DNA of 64,000 nucleotides from Puniceicoccaceae bacterium (GCA_040830445.1 JBFOLZ010000051.1:5933-69932); one strand, 5' to 3'; counted from the stretch's first letter, positions 7,722 through 17,728 are shown. Program-made: numbers and translations. Notes: generated by a model not told the origin, from the letters alone.

Positions 7722-8524
7722 GCCATTGTCCACCTGATACCTGTGAGACCTGCAGCGCGCGGATTCCCGTCCTTGAGAAGCTGGGCATCCGCATGAGCGG
7801 ATGGGATTACGTCGTCGCACTGGCGGGAAATCCAAACACCGGCAAAAGCACAGTCTTTAACCAGTTAACCGGCCTGCGGCAACATACCGGAAACTGGCCG
7901 GGCAAGACCGTGGCGCGGGCGGAGGGTGGCTTCTCACTCGACAAGAAGCGCTACAAGCTGGTCGACCTGCCAGGAACCTATTCCCTTCTCTCAACTTCCA
8001 CGGACGAGCGCATTGCCCGGGACTTTGTCCTCTTTGGCCAGCCGGATGTCGTGGTCATCGTTGTTGATGCAACCAGCCTTGAGCGCAATCTCAACCTGGC
8101 CATGCAGATCCTGCAGATTTCCAATCGGGTAGTCATTTGCCTGAACCTCATGGACGAGGCCAAGGCGCATGGCATCGAGGTCGACCACCGGGGCCTGGCA
8201 GCGGATCTCGGGGTCCCTGTCATCCCCTGCGTGGCCCGGAACGGGGACGGTATCCAGGATCTGCTGAATGCCGTCCGGGATGTCGCCACCGGCACCTTCA
8301 AGTGTAACCCGCCCAAGCTGGAACTGGACGTTCCCGGCCTTTCCGGGGCGGTCGAGGCCGTGGCTACCGACATCCGTTCCCTCTACCCGGAGGTTCCCAA
8401 CCCTGAATGGATCGCCCTGCAGATTCTTGACGGGGACGCCACCTTCTTGGAAGCCATCGCCACGGGAACACTGGGCAAACTGGCAGAAGATCCTCACGCA
8501 ACCCATGTAGCGGCAGCATCATGA
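7718..8524 (+). CDS. feoB: FeoB GTPase domain (stand-alone N-terminal half of a split FeoB)
   Basis: G1 GNPNTGKST, G2 GNWPGKTV, G3 DLPG and G4 NLMD. N-terminal CPPDTCETC. ATGA overlaps at both ends. Confidence 0.9.
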   Translation: MSHCPPDTCETCSARIPVLEKLGIRMSGWDYVVALAGNPNTGKSTVFNQLTGLRQHTGNWPGKTVARAEGGFSLDKKRYKLVDLPGTYSLLSTSTDERIARDFVLFGQPDVVVIVVDATSLERNLNLAMQILQISNRVVICLNLMDEAKAHGIEVDHRGLAADLGVPVIPCVARNGDGIQDLLNAVRDVATGTFKCNPPKLELDVPGLSGAVEAVATDIRSLYPEVPNPEWIALQILDGDATFLEAIATGTLGKLAEDPHATHVAAAS

Positions 8525-9933
8525 CAGGTACTGAATTACTAAGAAAGGTGGAGACCCTCCGCTGGAACCTTCCCCGAAATTTCCATGACCGGCTCAGCGA
8601 GTCGGTCTACGGTGAAGCCAACCGCATTGCGGCCAAGCGAACCTTCCGGGCCGGCACCTCCACGCGGATTGCCTGGCAACGGACCGTCGACCGTATCCTG
8701 ACCAATCCATGGACCGGGTTCCCGGTCATGGCCCTAATCTTCACCTTGGTGTTATGGATGACCATTGCCGGGGCCAATGTCCCCTCGGGCATGCTCTACA
8801 CGCTCCTCATTGAGAACGGCCACGGTCTGCTCAAGGGCCTTGCCGCGGACATCGGCATGTGGAGCTGGCTGAGTGGATTTCTGATTGACGGCATCTACCT
8901 GACTTGCGGATGGGTGATCAGTGTCATGCTTCCGCCGATGGCCATTTTCTTTCCGCTCTTCACGCTATTGGAAGACTTGGGTTACCTGCCCCGGGTGGCT
9001 TTCAATATGGACCACCTCTTCCAGAAGGCCGGCGCTCACGGCAAGCAGTCCCTGACCATGACCATGGGGTTGGGTTGCAACGCTGCAGGGGTCATTGCGG
9101 CACGAGTCATTGACTCTCCACGCGAGCGGCTGATTGCCATCATCACCAATAATTTCTCGCTCTGCAACGGCCGCTGGCCGACCCAGATCATGATAGCGGT
9201 CATCTTCCTCGGGGCCCTTGTTCCACCAGCCCTCGCCTCCTTCACAGCTGCGCTGGCAGTGGTATCGGTGGCCGGCCTTGGTTTCGCCCTCGCCTTTGCC
9301 TCCTCATGGCTGCTTAGCCGGACGGTCCTCAAGGGAGAGGCCTCCGCCTTCAGCCTTGAGCTGCCACCGTATCGTCCACCGAAGATCCTGCGGACCCTCT
9401 ACACTTCGCTGATTGACCGTACCCTTTTTGTCCTCTGGCGGGCCATCGTCTTCGCGGTACCAGCCGGGGCGGCCATCTGGCTCATTTCCAATATCCAGAT
9501 ATCCAATCACTCCATTGCCTGGTGGATGGTCACCGGACTGGACCCTGTCGCCTGGCTGCTCGGCCTGACCGGGGTCATCCTCGTTGCCTATATTGTCGCC
9601 ATTCCCGCGAATGAGATTGTCATTCCGACCATCCTCATGCTGACCGTCCACATGACCGGTCTCACCGGTGTCGGGGAACAGGGTGCCGGGGTCATGTTCG
9701 AAACTGACGAAAATTCCATTCTCCGGCAAATCCTCCTTGCCGGCGGCTGGACCACCCTGACCGCCATCTGCCTGATGCTCTTCAGCCTGTGCCACAATCC
9801 CTGCTCGACGACGATTTACACTATCTACAAGGAAACCAAGAGCGCCAAGTGGACGGTTGTGGCCACCTTTATGCCCATCGTTATCGGGGTTGTCCTTTGT
9901 GCCGGAGTGGCGCTGGTGTGGCGATTGTTTTAG
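8521..9933 (+). CDS. feoB: FeoB membrane domain (Gate / nucleoside-recognition domains), C-terminal half of a split FeoB
   Basis: LEDLGYLPRVAFNMD..F.K.G.HGK, MGLGCNAAG, F.LELPPYR.P and IPANEI; many TM helices. Confidence 0.9.
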   Translation: MTGTELLRKVETLRWNLPRNFHDRLSESVYGEANRIAAKRTFRAGTSTRIAWQRTVDRILTNPWTGFPVMALIFTLVLWMTIAGANVPSGMLYTLLIENGHGLLKGLAADIGMWSWLSGFLIDGIYLTCGWVISVMLPPMAIFFPLFTLLEDLGYLPRVAFNMDHLFQKAGAHGKQSLTMTMGLGCNAAGVIAARVIDSPRERLIAIITNNFSLCNGRWPTQIMIAVIFLGALVPPALASFTAALAVVSVAGLGFALAFASSWLLSRTVLKGEASAFSLELPPYRPPKILRTLYTSLIDRTLFVLWRAIVFAVPAGAAIWLISNIQISNHSIAWWMVTGLDPVAWLLGLTGVILVAYIVAIPANEIVIPTILMLTVHMTGLTGVGEQGAGVMFETDENSILRQILLAGGWTTLTAICLMLFSLCHNPCSTTIYTIYKETKSAKWTVVATFMPIVIGVVLCAGVALVWRLF

Positions 9934-12824
9934 TCGACCCGCAGCCGCTCGGAGAGCTTGTGGTAGAGAAAACCGAGAACCGTAAGGACGACGGCCGCGG
10001 CGGCAAAGGCAATGATCCGGTGCAGGACATCCTGCACATCAACGATGAAGAGCCGCCCGAGGGGTACCAGCAGGGCCAGTAATCCGATGATCCGGTAGAT
10101 ACGGTCCACATTCAGGAGGCCGATGATGATGATCGAAAAAGCTGTCACCGCCAGAATCGGGGTGTACCAATCCAGCAAGCCCAGCTGGTTGTAGTGGAAG
10201 GTCAGTACAGAATTGACAAACAAGAGGCCCCCAGTGAGCAGCGAGGCCCCCTGTCGCAGGGTCAGATCCTTTTCCAGGTCTTCAGCCGGGGTTGCCTGGA
10301 GGAAATACCAGACCAACAGGAAAGCGATGATGGCCCCGAAGGACAAAAGGACATGGCTGTTCCACAAGCCCGGTTGAGCAATATCCATTACAGCAAGGAA
10401 GTGCTTCACGATCAGGGTCCCGCCGAAGAGCAGGGAGCCGGTGTAGAATCCGACAACCGGAAAGAACCTGACTCCGGTCATCAACAGAATGGCCAACCCG
10501 GCCATCAGCAACTGCCCGCCCAGCCAGTTGTCATAATAAGAGCCGAACTCCCGGAAGAAGAGCCAGAAGAGGAATGAAGCGGCCACTGTCCAAAGTTTGG
10601 CCAGCCTCCCCCATCCGAGATGGCTGCGCGTTCCTGCAACAACCGCGGGAACGGCCAGCCAGACAAGCCCCGCCACCAGAGCGGCGTAAAAGTAGGCCAA
10701 CCCATCGGGGCTGCCCTTCTCCGTCAGCAGCAGGATGGCAACCGGGAGGAAGGACCACGACCCGGCATGCTTGAGCTTGGGCAGCACGGACAGAAGGAGA
10801 ACGCCGACGGCCATGAGAAAGGCCACTGCGCCCTGCCCCGGCCAGTCATGCATCGCCTGAAAGGCCCACAGCGCAATGCACGGAATGGAAAGAAGGTAGA
10901 TTCCGTGTTGCCCCCAAACGGCGGTTCGCCTTTCCAATGTACTCAGAAAGTGGATACCTGCACCCGACAGGACAAGGATGGCTGCCAAAAGAATTATCGA
11001 AAAAGGTTCATCCATGAACTGCAGGCAGGCCGCGACAAAGGCAATGGCCGCCGTTGCCAGCAGCATCCAGCGCGAAAGAAGCGGTACCAGGGCGAGCCCG
11101 CCCAGGCCATAGGCCACGGCGACAAAAAGCCATGATGCCTCCATCGGAAGTGAGCGCGTGTACCCGACCAGCAGGAGCCAGAGGCCATTGGCGGCCAGTG
11201 TGACGGCAAGGTAAAACCAGTTGCGGGAAGGATCCCGCAGTTGGAACGTCCCCTTCTGCACACCCTGCAGCAGATAGGACAAGGCAAGGACAATGACCGC
11301 CGGATAGAGGGCGGCCATCCACCAGACGAAGCTCCCGAAATCCGGCATCCCGCTGAAGAGCTCGAGGTAAATTACGCCACTGGCAATCGCCAGGACCGCC
11401 GTAACGGCTTCCATCGGGCGGGTTCCCGCCTTCCGGGCGGCAATCGCAACAACAACCGTTTGCAGGGCGAGAATCATCCAGCGCAAGTCACCAGCATAGT
11501 GGAGCAGGGTCCAGGTCCCGATGAGGAATACTGCCTTGATGAAGAGCAATTGGGCAAGAAAGCCGCAACCCCGCAATCCCCAGGCCAGCAGTGAGAAGAC
11601 CAGCATGTTAGAGCCCAGCGCGAGGACCGCCCACTCCAGCGAGTCCGGGTAAAAGACCCGGAAGAAAGAGAAGACGCTGACAATCGCCAGGGAGGAGGCG
11701 ATGGATTGCAGGATCCGGGCATGCAGGGTCTTGCCAAGCATTCCAAGGAAGTAGGACCCGGCAACCGCCGCGAAAACGACATTGATGAAAACGTTTGTCG
11801 AAAAGATCCCCGGCATGGCCACCGTCTTGAGAAAGGAAAGCGCCGGAAAGGCAATGACGACAAAGAAGCTGCCGGGTGTTGTTATCCACAAGGTGTTGCG
11901 GAAGTTTGTCTTCCCGGCCAGCAGGAGCCCGGCGGCAAAGAGAAGAATTGCCGCAATCAATGCCCCTTCCCGCAGGCCTTCCCAGGCCATGAAAATGCTG
12001 AGAAACAATCCAAAGGCAAAGGCCAGCAGGACCAGACCCTCCGATCGGCGCAGCAGGCCAATCCCGCAAATCATGGCCAGTACCACCGCCTGAAGCAGGG
12101 AGCCGACCAGCGGATCCTCAATGACCCGGGTCGCGGGCAGGACATAGGCCGCCACACTGGTCATGTAGAGCATCACCAGTCCGGTCACCATGACCACCCC
12201 TCCAAAGCGCTGGTAGCGCTTTTCCAGGAACCGCCCGCCCCCGGCAATGGCCAGGGAGACGACAAGGAGTTCGATACACTTGAACAAGGGGGATGTTGTC
12301 TGGTTGATGTAGACCGCGAAAAAAAGCGCACTCAGCAGGGCGAGAACGCCCCCAATGCGCGGTAACCACCATTGCATGAGCAGGGTTTCCCGGCTCACGT
12401 TCTCCTCCTGGGCCGGAGGCCACATGCCAATGCTGGAAAGGAACTCGACGATCCGGCTCGTCACCGGTTCGGGCGCTGGCTCGGAAACGGGTTCGGGCGA
12501 AGGCGGGCTTTCGAAGCCGGGAACAATTGCCGGCTGCGCAGGGAGGGGCGCTTCCGTTACCGGCCCGGACGTCTCGACCGGTTCCGGCACCGGCGGCGCG
12601 GGCGGCGTTTCCACGACCGGTTCGGGTTCGACAACCGGCGGCGGCTCCGCCGAGGGAGCTACCGGCTGCAGGCCCCGTTTAATCCGCTTGGTCAAGTCAT
12701 CAAGGGCAATCTCCAGGTCATTGATTCGCCGCCGTTGCTTAACCGCCACAAAGACCAGGATAAGCGGCGTCAAGAGAATGTGCGCCAGGACAAGAATCCC
12801 GATCAGCATTCCGAAATCGTTCAT
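9930..12824 (-). CDS. DUF2339 family polytopic membrane protein
   Basis: N-terminal TM and coiled coil, Pro/Glu-rich linker, WWLPRIGG, more than 20 TM segments, C-terminal D...RIIAF...VLTVLGFLYHK. Confidence 0.75.
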   Translation of the reverse strand: MNDFGMLIGILVLAHILLTPLILVFVAVKQRRRINDLEIALDDLTKRIKRGLQPVAPSAEPPPVVEPEPVVETPPAPPVPEPVETSGPVTEAPLPAQPAIVPGFESPPSPEPVSEPAPEPVTSRIVEFLSSIGMWPPAQEENVSRETLLMQWWLPRIGGVLALLSALFFAVYINQTTSPLFKCIELLVVSLAIAGGGRFLEKRYQRFGGVVMVTGLVMLYMTSVAAYVLPATRVIEDPLVGSLLQAVVLAMICGIGLLRRSEGLVLLAFAFGLFLSIFMAWEGLREGALIAAILLFAAGLLLAGKTNFRNTLWITTPGSFFVVIAFPALSFLKTVAMPGIFSTNVFINVVFAAVAGSYFLGMLGKTLHARILQSIASSLAIVSVFSFFRVFYPDSLEWAVLALGSNMLVFSLLAWGLRGCGFLAQLLFIKAVFLIGTWTLLHYAGDLRWMILALQTVVVAIAARKAGTRPMEAVTAVLAIASGVIYLELFSGMPDFGSFVWWMAALYPAVIVLALSYLLQGVQKGTFQLRDPSRNWFYLAVTLAANGLWLLLVGYTRSLPMEASWLFVAVAYGLGGLALVPLLSRWMLLATAAIAFVAACLQFMDEPFSIILLAAILVLSGAGIHFLSTLERRTAVWGQHGIYLLSIPCIALWAFQAMHDWPGQGAVAFLMAVGVLLLSVLPKLKHAGSWSFLPVAILLLTEKGSPDGLAYFYAALVAGLVWLAVPAVVAGTRSHLGWGRLAKLWTVAASFLFWLFFREFGSYYDNWLGGQLLMAGLAILLMTGVRFFPVVGFYTGSLLFGGTLIVKHFLAVMDIAQPGLWNSHVLLSFGAIIAFLLVWYFLQATPAEDLEKDLTLRQGASLLTGGLLFVNSVLTFHYNQLGLLDWYTPILAVTAFSIIIIGLLNVDRIYRIIGLLALLVPLGRLFIVDVQDVLHRIIAFAAAAVVLTVLGFLYHKLSERLRVD

Positions 12825-12846
12825 TACCAACGTTCCTTACCTGTTC

Positions 12847-14433
12847 TTAAAGCGGGGGATAGATATCCCATTCCGCCGGATAGATGACCGTGAACTCCGT
12901 GGTCATGGTGTCCTTTGCCCCCGACTGCAGGGTACGTTCCCACTTGAAAATGCCCGTCCCCTCTTCCGGTTCCACCTCCTTCGGCTGAATCGTTCGGACC
13001 TGGATCTTATTGTCCCGCCCAATGGGGAACCGATCCTGAAGGACTATCCGGTGGGCCACCGTCATGCGATTTTCCACCGTTGTCTCGTACTTGATATCGT
13101 GTCGCTTCGTCTTGTCGATGAGGCCGCCCTCGGCCTGCTTCTTGACCCGTTCCTTGCGCTCAATCTTCATCTTCTCATTGCGGCCAAGGGAGAGTTCGAC
13201 CTCCTCGCCGGCAGCATAGGATGGCATCCAGCGGCGGGCCACCAGTTGGTCATCGATGTAGCAGTAGGAATCGCCGGCCAAAATCGGCCACCCAAGCTCA
13301 TTCACCAACCCGGCCATCAGCCAGGCATCAGTCGAAAGCTCCGGTACCGCTTCGGACCAGTAATCGGCCTTCAGTTGCTTTGTAAAGGCTGGCCGGATCA
13401 CCGGGCTTTCCCCGGATTCGAGGGTTAACGGTTCCGACAGTTCCATGAAGAATCCCGTCGTGGTCGACTCCGGCATCGCCTGCTCGGCTTGCGGGGGTGC
13501 CGCTTGGGCCAGGTCATAGGAAGATTCCAGCGCCATCCGTGCCTTGGCCATGGGGCGCACTTCCACCTTGTTGAGGATCAGCGGATTCAGCTCCGGCAAT
13601 CCCCCGGCATAAAGAGCGCTGGCGGAATTAAGGGTGACCGAGACATCCTTCCAGTCCTCCCCCGAGTTTTGCCGGATTTGTGCCTTGTATACCCACTCCA
13701 GCGTCCCTGCCGCAGGATTGGCCCGCAGTTCATGAACGGGTTGCCAGCCGCCCTCGCGAATCTGGTAACTTATCTCCAACGCATCCTGATCGGCGACAGT
13801 GCCCTCGATTTCAACCTTCAGGACACCGCTGAGGCGGTTCAATTTCCCCACCAATTCACCGAGGTCCTTCTTTGCCTTCTGTAATTCAATCCCAAGTTCC
13901 TTCTCCTCCTGCTGGAGGGCGGTCAATCGCTCCGCTCCGGACTGGGCAACCGCTTCTGCCTTTTCCCAAGCGCTTTCAGCAAGGGAGAACATCTCTGCAT
14001 CGGCTTCCTCCTGAAGGGACTTGCTGATACTCTGAGCCAGGCCACGGAAATGCTCCGTCCGGGCGGTGAGGGCTTCCCGCTCGATGCGCAACTTGTTCAA
14101 TTTGGCCTCTATCCCTTCAACGACCCCCCGCAAATCGGCGGTCCTGGGATCATCCGCCTCAACCACGTTCTCCCTTGGCAGGAAGAGGAAACCGCCGATA
14201 CGGACACCTTCCGCCGTTCCGGTGGAAATCTGGATTGAGCTTGGGATGAGAGTGCTTGGCAGCCCTTCGACAGTCACCTCGGGAAGGTCATCATCAGCCA
14301 GGGCAACCGACCGGGTGACCATGGCCCCGCTGGGGTAAAGTTCAACATGCTCAATGGTGCTGGATGCCGCTCCGGAGGAAATGACCGGAAGCAGGAACAG
14401 ACACAAGGAAGGAATCAGGTGTGGTTTTTTCAT
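12847..14433 (-). CDS. DUF4140/DUF4139 (MuiA-like) secreted protein
   Basis: Signal peptide, IEHVELYPSGAMVTR, coiled coil, A.IRQNSGEDW.DV.VTL.SA and V.LSLG. Confidence 0.85.
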   Translation of the reverse strand: MKKPHLIPSLCLFLLPVISSGAASSTIEHVELYPSGAMVTRSVALADDDLPEVTVEGLPSTLIPSSIQISTGTAEGVRIGGFLFLPRENVVEADDPRTADLRGVVEGIEAKLNKLRIEREALTARTEHFRGLAQSISKSLQEEADAEMFSLAESAWEKAEAVAQSGAERLTALQQEEKELGIELQKAKKDLGELVGKLNRLSGVLKVEIEGTVADQDALEISYQIREGGWQPVHELRANPAAGTLEWVYKAQIRQNSGEDWKDVSVTLNSASALYAGGLPELNPLILNKVEVRPMAKARMALESSYDLAQAAPPQAEQAMPESTTTGFFMELSEPLTLESGESPVIRPAFTKQLKADYWSEAVPELSTDAWLMAGLVNELGWPILAGDSYCYIDDQLVARRWMPSYAAGEEVELSLGRNEKMKIERKERVKKQAEGGLIDKTKRHDIKYETTVENRMTVAHRIVLQDRFPIGRDNKIQVRTIQPKEVEPEEGTGIFKWERTLQSGAKDTMTTEFTVIYPAEWDIYPPL

Positions 14434-14475
14434 GTTTATGAGGGAAAAGTTAACAGTTGGGATTGCCAGCAGGAG

Positions 14476-15162
14476 CTACCATTCAATGGGCTGTCGATCG
14501 CGGAAGGTGCCGCCGGTCGGCCCGTCATCAGGAAGGGTTGCCAGCCAGATGGCCGTATCCGCCCCTTCTTCCGGCGAGCGGTCGGCATTCATGCCGCCCA
14601 TTTCCGTCCTCACCCATCCCGGACACATGGTGTTGATCTTGATGCAGGCTGGTAGATCCCGCGCCGCCACCATCGTAATGGCGTTGAGCGTAGCCTTGGA
14701 AACCGAATAGGCAAGAGGGCCGCCCAGCCCTTCCCGGAAGGAGCCCCAACCGGAGGAGACATTGACGATACGACCAAAGCCCGCTGCTTCCATACCGGGG
14801 ACAACGTGCCGGATCAGGTCAAAGGCAGCTATCGCGTTAACCCGCAGACTCTCTTCGAAATCGGCCGGGGAAACCTCAAGGACGTTTCCCTCCCGCAGGA
14901 TGGCCCCGTTGTTGACGAGGATATCGATGGTGCCGTATTCCCCGAGGATCGCCTCCATCTGCCGGCCGAGGATTTCACGATCTGCCAAGTCCAGTTCGAC
15001 GGGGACAATGTCACCCTCCAATTGCGAAGCAGCCGCCCGGCCCTTTTCGAGCGAGCGGCTGCCCAGCAGTACGTTAAACTCATTCATCCGGGCCAGGCCG
15101 GCCACGATGGCCTTGCCAATGCCCCGGTTGCCTCCGGTTACCAGTGCGGTTTTTTTCTTCAT
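14476..15162 (-). CDS. SDR family oxidoreductase (carbonyl reductase-like)
   Basis: ALVTGGNRGIG, LVNNGA, IVNVSS, catalytic YSVSK and MCPGWVRTEMGG. Confidence 0.92.
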   Translation of the reverse strand: MKKKTALVTGGNRGIGKAIVAGLARMNEFNVLLGSRSLEKGRAAASQLEGDIVPVELDLADREILGRQMEAILGEYGTIDILVNNGAILREGNVLEVSPADFEESLRVNAIAAFDLIRHVVPGMEAAGFGRIVNVSSGWGSFREGLGGPLAYSVSKATLNAITMVAARDLPACIKINTMCPGWVRTEMGGMNADRSPEEGADTAIWLATLPDDGPTGGTFRDRQPIEW

Positions 15163-15248
15163 CTCAGGATACGCTAAACGTACCTGAAAGAATGAAGCAT
15201 GCGCCAAGGGGGTTCAATCCCTAAGTCACCACACCAGCCCGGTGCTGC

Positions 15249-16259
15249 CTAGAAATTCGGGATGTAGACCCAGCTGCCACTGGGGCTAACCCAGCCTTCC
15301 TGGACGTAAATGTACTTATCCAAAGACAGGTTATAAAGCCAGGGAGCATCGTCGATGATCATCCAGCCAAGCCAGGGGCTTGTATCAATATACTTGGATG
15401 GCGGGCTGTCGACAATTGGGTAGCCGGCCCAGTCGGTCGGCTCAAAAGGCGCATTACCCTCCTGGTAGATATTCAACTCAACTTCATACCCGGTGACCGT
15501 TGCGATCAGGGCATCCTGCAGGGTCGTGGCCTCGCGGGCGGTGTCCACCCGCGCGAAAAAGATATTCACGACATAGTAATCGGTGGCATTGAAGGTGCCT
15601 ACCGGCAGGGTGATTGAAGTCTCCGTCGGCAGAAGCCCAAAGGCGCCCTCCTGGGTGTCATTCTCGGAATCGTAAACCGGGTATCCGCCAAATTCATTGA
15701 AGCCATATATCTCGATATTGATGACACCGGCATAACCGAGATTCGGCCCGGCTCCCTGGCCCTCGGTGAATTCCGTCCACTCGATGGTAAGTGGCTGGTT
15801 GTGATTGAAAGACTGCAAGGCCTCAAAGTTGGTCACTTTCAGGGGTGTGAGCGGATTGTACGCGCCCATGACCAGCAGCTCATTCCAGGTATCGGAGATC
15901 GCACCGATCCCCGCGATGGTGTAGGTGCCCGGCATGAAGGCAGTCGTCATCTCTTCAGCAGTGGCGTAGGAACCAAAAATCTCCCAGAGGTCCTCGTCGA
16001 ACGGAATATCCGTTGGCGTAGGATAGGAGGGACCGGTGACCGTCAGGCTGGAGAGCGTGTCCTGGCCCTCGACCGACAGGTAGCTGGAATAGTTCCCGCC
16101 AAATTCGAAATTGGTATGGTCCCCGAAACCAACAAGGGTGTCCGGTCCGGTTTGCTTGTTGAACTGGGTATACTCGCCAACAATAACTTCAATCTGTGCA
16201 ACGCTCCACAGCGGTACAAGGCCCGCCACCAACAAGAGAAGAGATCGGTATCTGGTCAT
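15249..16259 (-). CDS. Secreted acidic protein of unknown function with a Trp-rich C-terminal domain
   Basis: Signal peptide MTRYRSLLLLVAGLVPLWSVA. The C-terminal 60 aa match the GH16 C-terminus. Confidence 0.75.
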   Translation of the reverse strand: MTRYRSLLLLVAGLVPLWSVAQIEVIVGEYTQFNKQTGPDTLVGFGDHTNFEFGGNYSSYLSVEGQDTLSSLTVTGPSYPTPTDIPFDEDLWEIFGSYATAEEMTTAFMPGTYTIAGIGAISDTWNELLVMGAYNPLTPLKVTNFEALQSFNHNQPLTIEWTEFTEGQGAGPNLGYAGVINIEIYGFNEFGGYPVYDSENDTQEGAFGLLPTETSITLPVGTFNATDYYVVNIFFARVDTAREATTLQDALIATVTGYEVELNIYQEGNAPFEPTDWAGYPIVDSPPSKYIDTSPWLGWMIIDDAPWLYNLSLDKYIYVQEGWVSPSGSWVYIPNF

Positions 16260-16336
16260 GTACGGGCAGTAAGGGGAATACAGAGCGCCCGGCAAGCCTC
16301 AATTGGTAAAAGGTCGGTTAAAAGCAAAGGGCAGGG

Positions 16337-17728
16337 CTAGAAATCCAGAAGTACCTGGTCGTCCTCAACCGGGACCGTAACATCCCATTTGAAGTGGCGG
16401 CGGATATGCTCGGCCATGGCGCTGCTGGCCTCCGGTTCGCCATGGACGAGGAATGTGCGCTCGGGAGCCTTGTTGAAGCCCATCATCCAGGCCAAGAGCT
16501 CATTGTAGTCCGCGTGGCCGGAAAAGCCCTCGATACGCTCAATCTTTGCCTTGATCGGTACCTGCTGGCCAAACATCTTCACGCTCTCCTTGCCCTCGAG
16601 GATGGTCCGCCCGCGCGTGCCCTGTGCCTGATAGCCGATAAAGAGGACCGTGTGCTGCGGCTCGGAAAGGCGTTCCTTCAGGTGATGAAGAATCCGCCCG
16701 CCGGTCACCATGCCGCTGGCGGAGATGATGATGGCCCGCTTCTGCACGGAATTGATCTTCATCGACTGCTCACGGGAAACGGAGCAGACCAGTTTTTCCG
16801 GATGAAAAATCCGTTCGCCGGCGATCGACTGCTTGCGGCAAGTGAGGTTGAGATCGGAAATGTGATTGCGGTGCACCTGCAGGGCATGGTTGGCCATCGG
16901 GGAATCGAGATAAATGGGGACCCGCGGAATACGGTCCGCCTCTTCCAGTTCCCGCAGGAGGTAAAGGAGGGTCTGTGAACGACCGACCGCAAAGGAGGGA
17001 ATCACCAGCACACCTCCCCGTTCCATGCTCTCATTGACCACCCGGACCAGATCATCCACGGGATAGGTCTCTTCATGCAGACGATCCCCGTAGGTGGATT
17101 CCATGACCAGGTAGTCCGCATTGTAGGCCGGGACGGGCGCACGCAGGATCGAATCCACAGGCCGCCCCACATCCCCCGAGAAAATTATCTTCCTGCTTGA
17201 GGAAGTTGTGCTTTTCAAGTCGAGGAAACCCGCCCCGAGAATGTGTCCGGTGTCGCGGAACTTGCCCCTCACATCCGGTGCCGGCTCAAAGTGCTGTCCA
17301 TAGTCAACCGGCTGCAGGTACTGCAGGACATCCCTCGCATCATCCTCCGTGAAGAGCGGCTTGGCTGGCTTATGCTTGGAATAGCCCTTCTTGTTGGCCC
17401 ACTTGGCTTCCTCCTCCTGCAGGTGGCCTGTATCGGGAAGAAGAATACCGGCCAGGTCGGCTGTTGCCTTGGTGCAGTAGATGGGGCCGCGGAAGCCATG
17501 CTTGACGATGGCCGGCAGAAAACCGATGTGATCGATATGGGCATGGGTCAGCATGACGGCGTCAATACTGGCGGGCTCAACCGGGAACGGCTCCCAGTTC
17601 TTGAGACGGATCTTCTTGGGTCCCTGGAAGAGACCGCAGGCGACCAGCAAGCGCTTGTCGTTGACTTCGACGAGGGGACGGCTGCCGGGTACTGTACCGG
17701 CAGCACCAAGGAATGTGAGTCGCATCAT
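16337..17728 (-). CDS. MBL-fold beta-CASP RNA-processing nuclease (YSH1-like)
   Basis: LTFLGAAG.V.GS, THAHIDHIG, GHILG, ESTYGDRLH, IPSFAVGRSQ, SASGM.TGGRI.HHL and FSGHAD. Confidence 0.92.
   Translation of the reverse strand: MMRLTFLGAAGTVPGSRPLVEVNDKRLLVACGLFQGPKKIRLKNWEPFPVEPASIDAVMLTHAHIDHIGFLPAIVKHGFRGPIYCTKATADLAGILLPDTGHLQEEEAKWANKKGYSKHKPAKPLFTEDDARDVLQYLQPVDYGQHFEPAPDVRGKFRDTGHILGAGFLDLKSTTSSSRKIIFSGDVGRPVDSILRAPVPAYNADYLVMESTYGDRLHEETYPVDDLVRVVNESMERGGVLVIPSFAVGRSQTLLYLLRELEEADRIPRVPIYLDSPMANHALQVHRNHISDLNLTCRKQSIAGERIFHPEKLVCSVSREQSMKINSVQKRAIIISASGMVTGGRILHHLKERLSEPQHTVLFIGYQAQGTRGRTILEGKESVKMFGQQVPIKAKIERIEGFSGHADYNELLAWMMGFNKAPERTFLVHGEPEASSAMAEHIRRHFKWDVTVPVEDDQVLLDF

Noticed and set aside
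8500-8540. feoB break as a frameshift pseudogene or sequencing error
   Set aside because: The junction is a clean ATGA stop/start overlap with both halves intact and plausible termini, consistent with a natural split.
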